Below are positions 1-12,988 of a stretch of DNA of 64,000 nucleotides, piece by piece. This DNA comes from Perkinsela sp. CCAP 1560/9 (Eukaryota > Protista > Euglenozoa: Kinetoplastea), in assembly GCA_965644495.1 (NCBI GenBank), contig CBFFSA010000009.1, forward strand, positions 248,001 to 312,000. Direction: 5' to 3'. Position numbers and translations under genes: made by a program. The notes below the pieces were generated by a model. The model saw nothing but the letters and a program-made list of their open reading frames with translations. It was not told the DNA's origin and did no database searches. Position 1 is the stretch's first letter; the number at the start of each line of letters is the position of its first letter.

Positions 1-570
1 CAGTGGGCGTGATTTGAGTCAAAGTCGTTCGTACGAACGAAAAGCAAACAGTGACTATTTTTCTTGCCGCCTTATTTTCCGTCAAGGAAAAGGGGGTGTA
101 TCCTCGTCGAATCCTGCAGAAATTCAATTCCTGAAAATTGATTCCTGAAAATTCGAGTTACTGAATTTAATGCACTTTAAAGATTCTTTTTTAGGTATTT
201 TTCAGGGGTCTGAAAATCTACAAAATCTATAATTATAGTACTATATAGTATTATAATTTTTCAATTACTATGTATAAAAAAATAAATTTTTTTGATTGAT
301 TTTCGTCGGGTTTGGACACGTTTCTCCTTCAAAAGAGAGTCCTTGTAACTTCTTTTTTCTCCCGTGGCGGAAGACGCACAAGCAAAAAACTGAAAACTAA
401 GTTTTCTGCCGCGAAACATAAAAAGCTTGATTAAGCCTGTCATAAATTGACTTTGTACATGGTGTCTCTGGTGCTAAAAGAGAGCATCAAAACGTTTTTG
501 ATCACTTTTTTCTGTTATAGATTTTTATAGATTTATAGTACTATGATGCTGCGGTTTACCCGTAGTGAAC
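1..570. repeat. Dispersed repeat, near-identical to ~21423-22027 (distal part of the degenerate pogo-like block)
   Basis: cagtgggcgtgatttgagtcaaagtcgttcg...gatgctgcggtttacccgtagtgaaccg recurs at 21423-22027, partially at ~3605-3730, ~34900-35165 and ~42265-42530. Confidence 0.85.
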
Positions 571-1810
571 CGCAGTGATTCACTACGAGTAAACTCCAGG
601 GTATGTACAAGTACATACCCTGGAGGAACATATTGGAAAACCGACTTAAGGAAGCCTTGCAGATGCCCTTTTATCTAAATGAAGAATTGAAATTTCCTTA
701 GGAATTATTGAAGCAATGGATGCGAGCAAGAGCAGATCGCCAGAATCAAATTGATGATTCTGAAAAGCATTTTGAAGTTGGACAATTGACACTTGATCGT
801 TTGCGCATTAAACTGGGATCCTTAAAAAGGCTCCGATACTAGCTACGTGCAATCTCATCATAATCCCATTACTATCTTTATACTTATAATGCTTATACTA
901 CTTAGTATAATAAGCGGTAGTTAATTTTACTCGCTCTCGCAGACGCAGTGTCCGATTCACCGTGCACCTCTTCTCTGCAATTCGATGTGTTATTCTACAA
1001 AAATCCACCTGCCTGGCTCTCGCACAATGCATGATATTCAATATCATGTATTTTACCGTGTTGGCCACATGTTGTACAACTGTGCAATGATATAATTTGC
1101 GAGACGCAGCGTCCGTGTTCGCAAAGGACCTCATTAATACCTGAGTGGATTACATGTCTTGCGCTTAGCGACTGATACAAAGGAAGCACGGGAAATACTC
1201 TTCCTAAAAAGAATGAGACGCGCTGGCGGTCAGGGTATGAGCAGATTCGAGCTGCGCTCAAAGCAAGCAACTCCTCGGAAATAGCAGCTTCGTTAACAAT
1301 GTGAGACCAGGAGAATATGATGAAAATATTTTATTTACTTATTCCACTTCGTGCACTCGGCAATTTGTGTGAAACATCCGACACGACTGATCTTCAATGC
1401 GTGAATGGTTTCTTTACCATTTTCGAACAGTGGTATACTGCCACGGGAGGCAGCTCAAATCTTGCACAGTATCTTCGGATGCGTTATCACTAGCAGCTAT
1501 ACTCGGATTTTTGTACGCGGAATTTTCTACGGATAAAGCTATCAATCAGATGAAGCGTATTGTCGTTGAAGCGATGTTAGTATACTTCGGGATAAAGAGT
1601 AGGGTGCGACGACTTTTTGCAAATAATGGAACACGAGAGATTCTTGAAGCGGAATTCGATCTCATGTTGGACGATTATGCAACGTCAAGTTGTGAAAGAT
1701 TATTGGAAAAGCACTGGTTCTCAAAAATATAAACACATTCGAGTCTTCCGACAAACAACCAATCGGATCTACTCCGAAACGCATACGGAACGAGAGTTTG
1801 GGCACATGCT
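550..1810 (+). pseudogene. Decayed hAT-superfamily transposase fragment (copy 1 of 3)
   Basis: Manual translation gives PCWPH/CVGH-like CxxH and KNETRWRSG (TRW) motifs typical of hAT transposases, broken by stops and frameshifts; near-identical copies at 4565-5480 and 27047-28345. Confidence 0.6.
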
Positions 1811-2028
1811 CCCATACCTAGTTGTTCAGTGAACCCTATTTCTTGGTTCATTGAACCCACTGAACCCACTGAACCCAAATATTTATCTACTCCTTCTCCA
1901 TGTAATATGTTTATTACTCCTATAAACGTTTGAATCCAACTTTTTATGCATAGTTTTTTTTATAGTATTTCTTCTGATTCCTATATCACTATACGCTTTT
2001 ATAGTTTCTTCCACATCATCGGAAATAT

Positions 2029-3444
2029 ATGCCCAAAGAGAAGCCACGAGCACGCCGCTCTGTACCGGATTCAGATTCCCCAGCGCCACCTCCATCGAAT
2101 ACCGCTCCAACGAATTTAGTGAGAAACGAGGGGATCATTTTGCCTGGAGTGGATGATGCAACACCTCCTAGAACACTTGCTTCGGCTAGAGACCGCCGAG
2201 AAGCAGCTGCCACAATGTCACAAAGAATCTCGGAAGCTCCCTCCCAGTCTTCCCTCGATGCTCAAGCCACTCCGAACCGGGCCAAGAAAAGGACACGTAC
2301 ACGGGGAAGTATAAATCTTCTCAAGAAAGCCAGCATTCAGGCTCATTTTCTTGACGAGGTGTGTAGCAATGATTCAGTATGTAAAGCTGCCGAGGTACGC
2401 AACCAATATGAAGAACAGGCACTGAAGGACGCCTCGGGACACTCACTTCATCTTCGGTGTCGATACTGCAAAGAGGTGTTTCATTCACATTGCGAATCCA
2501 CATACAACATGCACCTTAACCACCATTGTTCAGGAATCAGTCGTGACGTTCAGACTCCCAAAGCGAAGGAAATCAGTCCTCATGAGTTTTGGCACAAGGT
2601 GTTTCCAACTGCGATAGCAAGTACGAACATTCCTCTTTCCGTGGCCGTTCGTTTGTTTCGTCAATTGGAAGAAGTTCGTCCTGATGCCCCAAGTGAAGTA
2701 ATGCGAAGGGAAATCCCGAAAACTGTGAGGTCATTCGAAAATGATATCGTTGAAATATCTCACGTGTTGTGGGAGAAAATATTGGGCTCGATTGACGAAT
2801 ATGATATCTTTGGCGTTGCCATAGATGGGGGTACGGATCAAGTACTAAGCGAACACATCATGGTTGTGGTATTGTACGTTGGCCCTTTTGAGTGGATCCT
2901 CCCCCCCATGTATCACCCTAGAAGAGGCTCGTTTAATGGTGCAGAAATTGGCATGCTTATCGTCAACGATCTACGTCGGCATTTAGGTGCTGCACGGTTG
3001 GCCAAATGGGCGTACATTATTGCTGACGGGGCAGCGGTAAATCATGTCGCACGTGATGAAGCTGAAAGTGAGCTTGCAGACTTCTTTCATCGTTTGTCTA
3101 GACTAGGCACTCAAGATTGGACAGATGTAAGCAACTCCGTTCGTAGTGCGATTCATCCATTAGAAAACAACACTCAGACTCCATTTCCAAAGCTCGTACT
3201 TATTCCATGTGTCGGACAATTTCTAAACAACGTGGCGAAAAGTGCACTGACCTCTTGGACTGAAACCCCTATTTTCAAGCTTAGAAAAGGTTACATGAAC
3301 TCATTTCACAGTGGTGCCAAGCTTTCAGGGAGAAAGGGAGTCAGCACGGTTTCGCGCGGTTTCGCCGCGGTTTCGTGCGGTTTCAGAGAGATCCGAATTA
3401 TTTATGAATTATTTATGAACGCAATATTATTATTGCGGCAATAA
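2029..3444 (+). CDS. hAT-like transposase, C-terminally truncated
   Basis: BED-like CRYC...HLNHHC finger, AIDGGTD and IIADGAAVN catalytic-Asp motifs, PCVGQ (degenerate CxxH); sequence becomes unrelated and AT-rich after ~3340. Confidence 0.65.
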   Translation: MPKEKPRARRSVPDSDSPAPPPSNTAPTNLVRNEGIILPGVDDATPPRTLASARDRREAAATMSQRISEAPSQSSLDAQATPNRAKKRTRTRGSINLLKKASIQAHFLDEVCSNDSVCKAAEVRNQYEEQALKDASGHSLHLRCRYCKEVFHSHCESTYNMHLNHHCSGISRDVQTPKAKEISPHEFWHKVFPTAIASTNIPLSVAVRLFRQLEEVRPDAPSEVMRREIPKTVRSFENDIVEISHVLWEKILGSIDEYDIFGVAIDGGTDQVLSEHIMVVVLYVGPFEWILPPMYHPRRGSFNGAEIGMLIVNDLRRHLGAARLAKWAYIIADGAAVNHVARDEAESELADFFHRLSRLGTQDWTDVSNSVRSAIHPLENNTQTPFPKLVLIPCVGQFLNNVAKSALTSWTETPIFKLRKGYMNSFHSGAKLSGRKGVSTVSRGFAAVSCGFREIRIIYELFMNAILLLRQ

Positions 3445-4564
3445 GGGGAGATCAGAAATAAACATACATCTGTGTAGTATGATTCTTTGTCTACGAAGGG
3501 AAAAAACAAGACAAGATTCAAATGTTTTTGATAATTTTTGAGTAATTTTCACATCCCGAGGTAAAAATATTTTTTCAATTATCATTATTAATTAAAGGGA
3601 GTGTATGTTATTTTCGGAGATGAAACTAGCGTTAGCGTCGACGGCGAACTGAAGGGGAAAACTTTAGCGCCAGTGGGAGTGATTTCAGTCAAAGTCGTTC
3701 GTACGAAAGAAAAGCAAACAATGACTATTTCCAACGGGAAGGAGTATATTGTAGAATATAATGATGAGCTGGTTGCTGAGTGCCGGCGCAATATGACCGT
3801 TAAGGCTCTGAGTGGGAGCTTCATACTAGCACTATGACATAGTGCATCAACACCGCAACGACAAAAATCGGATGCAGGAGAACGTTCTTAGTGCCGCTGA
3901 ATAGAAACAGGTGACAAAAACGCGTTTTGTGCGCGTCTTCACCTTATAAATCTCTGCAGACTTACCTGTATGATTCTACACTGTGTATTTTCCTATGCTC
4001 TGTCACATAAGGCCAAACTGTGAGCGTAGCCCACGACAGTAACACTTAGTTTACGTGTCTGGAGGCCAGGCCCAACTGTGAGCGAAGCCCACGTCTGGAG
4101 GCCAAAGCCCCCGTTTGCGAACAAAGTGTATCGGCACCCGGTGGGTATGATCTCGCGGCTCATAATCTCCCCCAGGAAAAACCTTCCCGCCCGAAAGAAT
4201 GGGAATACCGTCATTTCTGCAGTGAGCTGTACCGAAGCAACTTGATTGGACGGTTAGAACATGAAATTCGGAAACACTTCGGGAACTCGAAAGATCCTGG
4301 TGCGGTTGCGGGAGACGCCACAAGGGTCAAATCCTTGTTACGGGGGGGGTCTATTACTGGGGCGGGTCCAACGGTAGTTGGTAAATTCATTGTTAGGCGC
4401 TTTATTAACTTGTATTACATACCGAAACACTCGTTTAAGTCCTACAGAATAAGAATTCCAGTAACATGATTTCTGTATCGTCCGATTGAAGCAAAAATAA
4501 TAAAAAACTAAGGAAGAAATTTTTGACGAAAGATATCCTAGACACTCCCACCCAGAGTCACCCC

Positions 4565-5480
4565 TCTCAATATCATGCATTTATTTTACCGTGTTGGTGT
4601 ACCACATGTTGTACAACTTCTATGCAAATGATATTATTTGCGAGGCGCAGCGTCCGTGTTGGCAAAGGACCTCATTAATACCTGAGTGGATTACATGTCT
4701 TGCGCTTAGCGACTGATACAAAGGAAGCACGGGAAATACTCTTCCTAAAAAGAATGAGACGCGCTGGTGGTCAGGGTATGAGCAGATTCGAGCTGCGCTC
4801 AAAGCAAGCAACTCCTCGGAAACAGCAGCTTCGTTAACAATGTGAGACCAGGAGAATATGATGAAAATATTTCATTTACTTATTCCACTTCGTGCACTCG
4901 GCAATTTGTGTGAAACATCCGACACGACTGATCTTCAATGCGTGAATGGTTTCTTTACCATTTTCGAACAGTGGTATACTGCCACGGGAGGCAGCTCAAA
5001 TCTTGCACAGTATCTTCGGATGCGCTATCACAAGCAGCTACGGTCACCTGTTTTTATACTCTGTGCTCTCTTTCTCCTTAAAATAAGTCTCTTAGCCAAT
5101 TAAAAATTAATTGAAAAAAGTCTCTTAGCCAAATACACGGATGTTTCTACGGACAAAGCTGTCAATCAGATGAAGCGTATTGTCGTTGAAGCAATGTTAG
5201 TATACTTCGGGATAAAGAGTAGGGTGCGACGACTTTTGCAAATAATGGAACACGAGAGATTCTTGAAGCGGAATTCGATCTCATGTTGGACGATTATGCA
5301 ACGTCAAGTTGTGGAAGATTATTGGAAAAGCACTGGTTCTCAAAAATAATCACATTTATAAACACATTCGAGTCTTCCGACAAGCAACCAATCGGAACTA
5401 CTCAGAAACACATACGAAACGAGAATTTGGGCACACGCTCCACATTGAGAACAAAAAACGGCATCTATCCGATGAGTCCA
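4565..5480 (+). pseudogene. Decayed hAT transposase fragment (copy 2)
   Basis: Near-identical to ~1035-1810. Confidence 0.6.
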
Positions 5481-5599
5481 ATACCCCAGAAAATTGGTTA
5501 GAAGTCAGATGAAGACCGACCATTTGTCGAGGAAGAAGTTCTAACGGGAGGGAGCCGTTCTATGTATGGATTTTTTTCCATCGTACTCGTCTCCGACGG

Positions 5600-6240
5600 C
5601 GAATCATTGGGTATAACAATCTACCAAATGGGGGTATCCTTGAGAAATCGGATCGAGAAATTCGAACGCTCCAATCGAGAGATAAAAGGTGTTACGTGTG
5701 TAAAGTGAAGTCTCACAACGGGAACATTTACAACGAGAAGGCAGACACCTTGGCGCTTGCAGGGTCGAGAAAAATAGTCCCAGCCTCAGAAATAAGGAGG
5801 AGAAGGACTTCGACAAGTGCTTCAGAAGCTCAAAGGGTTAGCCCGGAAACCATTCAAACCATGAATCTCCCTTGGAAACACATTGGCCAAATACCTAAGC
5901 CATTAGGGAAAAGACGGGATTACTACAAGATTACAGACGGTGATCCTCTCTCGATGGTACCTCGCCATCTGTAGGGGCTGGAGTGGATTCTCCTGAAAAG
6001 GAGCGTTTGCCTGGGGAATGTGATGCCAAAAATACAGAGTTGCATGAGAGACGTACCAAGCGTTCAGCGGACAAGGAGCATGAAAGGGCGAATTCACCTG
6101 AGAGAAAGACGTCGAAGCGACGACAAAAACGGATGTAATACTTCACTAGCACCTGCTCAGGGCAGTGAAGTGCACTTCTGCAACCGGCATAGGTCGGACG
6201 CCTACCCTGGCATTGCAGCGCAGATGTGGAAAATTATATC
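5600..6240 (+). pseudogene. Retroelement RNase H fragment
   Basis: CKVKSHNGNIYNEKADTLA matches the RNase HI C-terminal motif KVKxHxGxxxNExADxLA; in-frame TAG at ~5972. Confidence 0.65.
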
Positions 6241-6540
6241 ATAGAGAATACCCACTTAGGAGCAGTTTAGTTCGCCGTAGGGCGTTTTGAGTCGTTGACT
6301 CTATCATCGAATATAGTCACGTAACAACACTTTTAAAGTGTTTAGTTACTTAGGAACAGTTTATTTCGCCATAGGGCGTTTTTGAGTCGTTGACTCTATC
6401 ATAGAAAATTCTCACTTGGGAGCAGTTTAGTTCGCCATAGGGCGTTTTTAGTTGTTGAATCTCCTAGAGAGAGCATTCAGTTAAGGAATAGTTCAGCTCG
6501 CCGTAAGGTGTCTCAAGTCATTCACTATCTCATAGAGACT
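6241..6540. repeat. Degenerate ~65-bp tandem repeat (about 4 units)
   Basis: acttaggagcagtttagttcgccRtagggcgttttgagtcgttgactctatcat repeated with decay. Confidence 0.8.
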
Positions 6541-7193
6541 ATTTAAGTAGGGATTTAGTTCCGGTCCCGATTTTCTTTTAATCTTTGAAAGGGATACCAA
6601 CGCAAGTAAGGTTTTTCTCATAACTTGTTTTCTCGCAGTGATATTCGCAGTTTTCTATTCGCAGTTTTCTCGCTGTTTTCTCGCAGTGATATTGAGCACA
6701 GAAAAGTGAGGCTCGCGACACGACCTTTAAACGATCAGGGACATTAATAGACTTGTCCCACGCAACGCCAGTCAGCGCTGGAGCGTACACGGTGAACATT
6801 GCTGAGCACGTAGATAGTTCGAGACGCCTTCAACAGGTGTATCAGGACATCGATTAAAGAAGTTTTATACTTGCTTTATTGAATTATTGCACTAGTTGCT
6901 ATAGCATTGTACTGCCGATCCTAAATACATACTTGCAATCCCTTACATCGTGGCATTGCAGACAGGAAAACACCTCGTGCTCTAAGGTGGAACATCCAGG
7001 CATTTGAATCAACGGCCAAAAAATTTCAAGTCCTGAAAAAGTGCACTAGATCTTATATCTAGAATAAAATTAGTGAGATACAGATATAAAGACACGAAAG
7101 ATTATCTATCATATTGCACTCAGGATTCCAAAACAAACGTATCTTACAGCATGCGTCCTAATCTCAATAAATTATCAATACCTCCTTAAATTT

Positions 7194-7868
7194 ATGCCCG
7201 ACGCCTTACCTAACCTTGTCCCAGAAAGCTACACAACAGAAAGTCCAAAAAGTGCTTTCTTTGAGTTATGTTCCCTTAAACGATTGGGTGTAACTGTACG
7301 GGATGAATTAGTTGCGAGTCTCCCAAAAGCGATTCAGTACGTAAAGGAGAAAAAGGCTATCACGCCCATTCTCGAAAGCGCTGCTGTCACATCTGCAAAG
7401 GGAAACACCGTGAATGGAGCCCGCATCGTCCGCCGCACACTTGAAGCTATGTTGCGCGGAGATTTCACCTCGGAACACGTTGCCCAAACTGTTCTTGTGG
7501 CACTACGTGATGCGATTTGCGCACTCGAGTCAGAGTTGGAGGAAAATGAAAGCAATCTGGTCGTCCAAGAGGCTAGCACTCCCCTCCGAGACGAGCGCAA
7601 CAGCAAGGATCTTCGCACTGCATTTCGCACGCTTATCGGAACGCGCGAAGATCCTCGGTGCGGTAACCAACTGCACCAAAGCCTCACGGACACCGGTTTC
7701 ACCACAGAACCTTGGTTTGTTCAACAAGTAAAAAGGGCTGTGAAGGAATCAGTGGGGAACCGACCTGACACTTTGCATTACGCAAAGCTCTTGGCAGACT
7801 CCCCTCCGGATTCACCGATAGCCAACGGCGAACCAGAAGGTATTCGGCTCGGTGTTTGGTCCCTGTAA
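7194..7868 (+). CDS. Putative gag-like ORF1 of a YR (VIPER/DIRS-like) retroelement
   Basis: 224-aa ORF overlapping the start of the YR ORF; assigned by position only. Confidence 0.45.
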   Translation: MPDALPNLVPESYTTESPKSAFFELCSLKRLGVTVRDELVASLPKAIQYVKEKKAITPILESAAVTSAKGNTVNGARIVRRTLEAMLRGDFTSEHVAQTVLVALRDAICALESELEENESNLVVQEASTPLRDERNSKDLRTAFRTLIGTREDPRCGNQLHQSLTDTGFTTEPWFVQQVKRAVKESVGNRPDTLHYAKLLADSPPDSPIANGEPEGIRLGVWSL

Positions 7869-8812
7869 CATCGACCTACAGTCATACCAAGTTAGTTCAA
7901 GAGTTATTTGAACAGATATTCACTATTTCTCTTGAAGACTCAATTATGCCACAACTTAGACGTCACCGTATAAGTGATCAAATAGTACAAGATGAAACAC
8001 AACGTTTGCTTCAAGCAAACGTCCACTCACAGCTCGCCCAACTTGCTGTAGCCCCAGAAACTGCTCGAAGGCGATCCCTTAACTTCTCAAGTATCGAGCA
8101 TTTCTTGGGAGTACACGGCGTATGCAACATTACCGAAGAAGCCTTTTTGGCTCTTTGTGTATGCCTATCTCGATTTTATCGAGCATCAAGGCTAGAGGCT
8201 TTACGCGCTGCCCTAGTATGGCGGCAACTTGAAGAGACACCTATAGAGCGATGCTTGGCACAAACGACCCGTTTTCGACGGCGGTTCAAAGGAGCCACTC
8301 GTTTGTGCCTGGATCCCCAACCCAGGGGCTCGATTACCTTTGACCAACTAACACAACTGACAGAGTATTGCCGTGAGGCTGAGGAATTAGAATACGCTCG
8401 GGGCTTTGCTATAGCGTATTTCGGCCTCTTGCGGCATAGTGAAATGGCGTTATTACGCAGAGACGATGTCGAGACAGAAACTGCGACTCTACGGGTTCGT
8501 GGTGGAAAAGGACGCCTCCACTATGAGGTTGACATCGTACTCGTACCAGAAGTTCAGCATCTATTAACTTACCTAAAAAACGTCGGTACTACCGTTCTAC
8601 TACTTCCGTACTGGAACAAAGTCAAGGCTAACGCCTTGATATGTGCAGCAGCTGCACATTTTAAATGGAATAAGCGCCAGAGTTGGTCGTTCCACTGTCT
8701 CCGTCATGGGGGTGCCGGTCACCTCACCCGCCAAGGCAGTGAGCTCTCTACACGACTTTTACGAGGTCGATGGATGTCCGCATTCAGCGCGGAAGCATAT
8801 TCTATAGTGTAA
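7856..8812 (+). CDS. Tyrosine recombinase (phage integrase family) of a YR retroelement
   Basis: YFGLLRHSE (R), GGKGR (K), HCLRHGG (H-x-x-R), GRW, terminal AEAY (Tyr): complete catalytic set. Confidence 0.9.
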   Translation: MVPVTSTYSHTKLVQELFEQIFTISLEDSIMPQLRRHRISDQIVQDETQRLLQANVHSQLAQLAVAPETARRRSLNFSSIEHFLGVHGVCNITEEAFLALCVCLSRFYRASRLEALRAALVWRQLEETPIERCLAQTTRFRRRFKGATRLCLDPQPRGSITFDQLTQLTEYCREAEELEYARGFAIAYFGLLRHSEMALLRRDDVETETATLRVRGGKGRLHYEVDIVLVPEVQHLLTYLKNVGTTVLLLPYWNKVKANALICAAAAHFKWNKRQSWSFHCLRHGGAGHLTRQGSELSTRLLRGRWMSAFSAEAYSIV

Positions 8813-8973
8813 TCTTTTGCTTTCCCTTTCGTTTACGTACGCCAATGTAAAACCACAATCCGCTGACCACTTTTTCTTCGTTTATTGCACAGCATATCTG
8901 TTGCAGACTGGATAGCGTATGTAATGTACATACAGCACCATATACTAGATAGCGGCTCGCATACCGCAAGATA

Positions 8974-10554
8974 CCGTTACCCCCCCTTACTTCACCTCCC
9001 CCCTTACTTCACCACATTTCAGAAATTCAGTCAGAAATTGTAAAATTTCATTGATTTCAATATTTATTCAATACACGATGGCCCCACCACTTCTATTCTT
9101 TAACGCGAGCCAAGTGACTCAATCCTCACCGTTGCCACACGAAACTGTTGCCGTACTGCTCTTCCCCGATGATACTTCAACTACCCCATCCACCGCATTA
9201 ATGTTGAATGCATCTAACCAGCTTGCTGAGCAGCCGCGGAAGGTTCGGATGGATCTTACCATACAACAAAAAAACAACCTATGTGCTAGTATAGATGCCG
9301 GCAAGTCTATAAGCGTCGCCGCCCGAGATTACAAGGTCGAGGTAAGCACGGTACATAGAGTTTATCGGAAAAAAGAAGATTGGCATAAATTTACTCAACT
9401 TGGCTTTGGGAAATTGTTTCAGTACCACCCCCCTCGAGCAAATAAAGAATTATATGAAAAAGGGTTGTCGCAACTGCTTTTGCTACGCGAGTCTCTTTCG
9501 GCACGAAACCGACAATGTTGGGGTACTTTGCTGAAATTTCAGAGCACTTCTGTTCCCTTACCGACAAAGGAAAAGAAAATTTTTGGATTCGTTTTTGCAT
9601 CTTCGCCAATATTTCGCGACGAAGAGTCAATGGAGCAACCCAAATGGTCCCAAAAGACATGGACGAGCGTATAGAAGCCTTTTTGAATATGATAGCTCTG
9701 CGAAATTGTGATCGCGGGGGATACGCTGTAATCGTCACGGGACGAGACCTGTGTTGTGTGGGAGCCCGTCAATGAAATCACATACGACACTAAAGGGACA
9801 AAGCGCGTAAAGGTTTTAACTACAGGGAAGGAGAAGAAGAAGCGAAAGTCATGAAGTCCGCCATAGAGTCAGCGCGTAACAGGAATCCAGCGCTTAACGC
9901 AACCCCAGTACAGGAGTGTTGTTATTGCACGCGAGTGAATTTAACTCTACGGGAGTGTAGTGAACCTGGGTGTTTAACGAAATTTCATCACATGTGTGCA
10001 ATTGAAGAAAAGGGGGAAGAGAATGACAATTTCTGCGCAAAGCACTAACGATGGCCGCAGGTCAGGGACACTGCATATATTTTCGGCAGTGTTGGGGCTT
10101 AGCGCACCTCACCTTCCCCAGCTTTTTACGTCCACAGCACCGTTTTTAATATTCGTCGTATCTAAGTTTTTCTGTGGTTTTACTTAGTGTCTTGCAAAGC
10201 CTCTATAGGTATCATATTTTCTTTCTTCATTTTATATATTTAAGCCGGCACATTAGAAACTAAATTCGGGCGTAGCGTATTTTCATGATGTTAGTTACTT
10301 TCTGTAGAAGTCAATGATCTTTTAATTCATTTTATGAAGTCAATGATCTTTCCGAACTATGGCAAGCGTGAAACAGAAAATTTCATTCAACCCTGAAGTG
10401 AGCATGACGGGCGATAAGGATTTTACTGGAGGAACTTGACAACTTAATAATCCCCCCCTTACTTCACCACCCCCCTTACTTCACCACAAAGTATGTTTTA
10501 GGGCCAAAAAGTTTTGGGCCAAAAAGTGGGGGCTAAGTAAGGGGGGGGTAACAG
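8974..10554 (+). mobile_element. pogo/Tigger-like DNA transposon, internally deleted, inserted in the YR retroelement
   Basis: TIRs ccgttacccccccttactt / aagtaaggggggggtaacag flanked by TA; CENP-B-like HTH (LTIQQKNNL...VSTVHRVYRKKE), DET...TKGTKRVKVLTTGKEK DDE_1 start, C-terminal Cys/His finger (9851-10048). Confidence 0.85.
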
Positions 10555-10556
10555 TA

Positions 10557-12190
10557 TATGCACGCTCTTAAGATTATTTATTATACTAAGTATATTGGGA
10601 TTTATAAATTATACAGCAACCCGGAAACATAACTCGAGCGTATACTCGTGCTTCAGACACTATACAAGTGGTCAGGCTTTGAGATTGTAGAGTACACTTT
10701 AGTGTTGACGCCCAGATTAGATGGGCATCAGCTCACGAATGTGTAGCATCACCCCTGACGACTTGACGACAGTATTTTATGGTTCTATTGGTATGGGCTT
10801 TCACGTATTATTCACGACCAATGAGAAACGATTACCCTCGTGACAAAATTTACGGGATAGAACGAATATACGATGCCCTGCCACCACCGGAAAGCAAATC
10901 GCGAGGGGCATGGGCCTCCGACGATGACCCACTTTGCACAATAGATAACGTCGGGGGTTTCAAAGTTGACTTACTATCGGTCTCATGTGCTCGTTTCACG
11001 AAAAGTGCAATCTCACTTTTGAAACTATGTCTCATCGATAGGGACACAATAGTGCCGACTTTAGAGAGCTCCCCGAACTCTGAACGCTTTAGAAAGCATA
11101 TATTGCGGTGGTTGTATAACTACCGCTGTACCCTCGATTATTGAAAAAAAAGTGAACAAAAACAGTGAAAATATAAAGAGGAACACAGTAATATAATAGA
11201 AGAAAAAAATATAAAAGGGGGCTCCGGTGGTCCAAAACTGAAAAAAAAAATTGAAAAAAATGGGGGGTCTAGGGGGGGTCCATGGGGGGGGTATACGTCG
11301 CGATTTTTTTTCAAATTTTTTGCTTTTCAAAATCGAGCGCGCGGAAGTGGTAGAGTATGCCGCGGCGATGATTTTCCACCCCCACACCTGGGGGTGACAC
11401 CCCCTGGTACACGTAGGAGGGGTCCGACAAGGTCGAAATTTCCGAAATTTTTGGGGGGACCCAAAAAAAAATATTTTTGACCAAAAAAAAGTAAAAACAA
11501 TATTTTTCCAAAATCGACCCCTAAAACGTATTTTGAGAGTTTGGGACCTCAGCTACCATTCTACGATGTTTTTTCCGTCAGATGCGCCTCCTACCCCTAC
11601 TGGTAAGGCTTCAAAAACGGCCCAAATTCGGGTTAAAATTTCGCATTTTTGGCCCAAAAATCGGGCATTTTCACTGAAAAAAATAGTTTATCCATGATCT
11701 TTCGGCGATTTTTCTTTTTTAGTCGCTTCGTTAAACGCGGTGGTAGTTTTTAACGCGAAGCGCGCAGCATGACTGACTTCCAAGTGCCAAATACGCTCGA
11801 GCTATCTTCAACTTGAGATGGGCAAACGACAATTGTCTCGACTACAAAGTTAACTTTAGTCTACCAAGCACCCAGGACCTTATTATATCACTTATTAAGC
11901 TGGGGATTGTACAACAAAAAAAATAAGATTTTTGCACCTAAACATAAAGAACATGTATTATCAAGTGCCTACTTCTGATACCTTCGGTCAAGTATGTTGC
12001 GTCCGACTCGGGCGAAAAATCTTGAAACCAAGTGTGCTTCCAATAGGGTGTAAACACGCCTGTGGCATTGCTCAAGCAATTACATGGGGGGTCATACTAC
12101 ACGAGAAAAATGGCGATCACATATTAAGCGTCGAAGATAACATACGCGAGCGTAGTGACGTGCCAGGGAGCATGCAGTTACCCACAGGAG
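10557..12190 (+). pseudogene. Decayed reverse transcriptase of the YR retroelement, interrupted by a hairpin-ended element
   Basis: IKNMYYQVP...LPIGCKHACGIAQAITWG resembles DIRS/VIPER-type RT motifs; lies downstream of YR, giving gag-YR-RT order. Confidence 0.6.
11103..11785 (+). mobile_element. Hairpin-ended non-autonomous element (family H), right end truncated
   Basis: Starts ttgcggtggttgtataactaccgc; homologous to 24822-25704 and 46253-47115. Confidence 0.8.
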
Positions 12191-12650
12191 GTTTGACTAA
12201 TAAACTTATAAATGATGCAGCTCACCACTTGAACACTCGAACATGGACTATGCATTCATTGCGGCATGGGAAGGCCACTGAGCTTCGAGTCCGTGGTGTT
12301 CCTATTTCAGAGAGGCAATTAATGGGACGATGGCGGTCTCACTCGTCAGAACAATCCAATGTCACAGCCTACCAGCGCCAAGGGAGTCCAACTCCCCGTA
12401 ACTAACCAGCATGTGACATCCAATGTTACAGCCTACCAGCGGGAACATGAGAGTGTTGCGGTACTTCACCATGTCTAACTGCCCTGCAGCATGCTAAGTC
12501 CAGCCCTATACGGTTCGAATGTCATCGGCAAGACTGACACATCCAATTCAAGGCGTACAACTCGACCGAATGATCGCTCCCCCCTCCTCTCCCGGTCTTT
12601 GAGCGACCTGCTCCAGGCTTGGGACTGGAAACTGCGGAGTTTCCAAGAAG
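12191..12650 (+). pseudogene. YR C-terminal fragment plus downstream repeat, linked to an LRR-A gene
   Basis: WTMHSLRHGKATELRVRGVPISERQLMGRWRS homologous to the 7856 YR C-terminus; copies at ~15778, 32100, 39855, 49040. Confidence 0.8.
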
Positions 12651-12988
12651 CCACATGCGACGTAGATAAAGTAAACAATACGTTTTTGTAAGACAACTTC
12701 TATCAAATCACAGTTCTCAGATATTGCTTTTAGACTGTTATACACGTTGTGGATGTGTTGTCTGTTATGCACATTGCATTGGTGTTGAGCGACAGAAATT
12801 AATCAAGGGGGTACGGTAGGTCGTACACTTTTTTGAGGTAAGAAAGTTTATAAGATCTTCCAAAAACAATAAAATTTATTGAATGAATGAAGCTCCCCCT
12901 AAATCCCCCGCCCACACATTTTTATTCCCTTTATCATGCTCTTTATTCTCTTTAAATTCTCTTTATTCTCTCTATCTTTTTATCTGAT

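Noticed and set aside
6241-6540. CRISPR array
   Set aside because: Units are mostly contiguous and degenerate without unique spacers; no cas genes; eukaryotic context.
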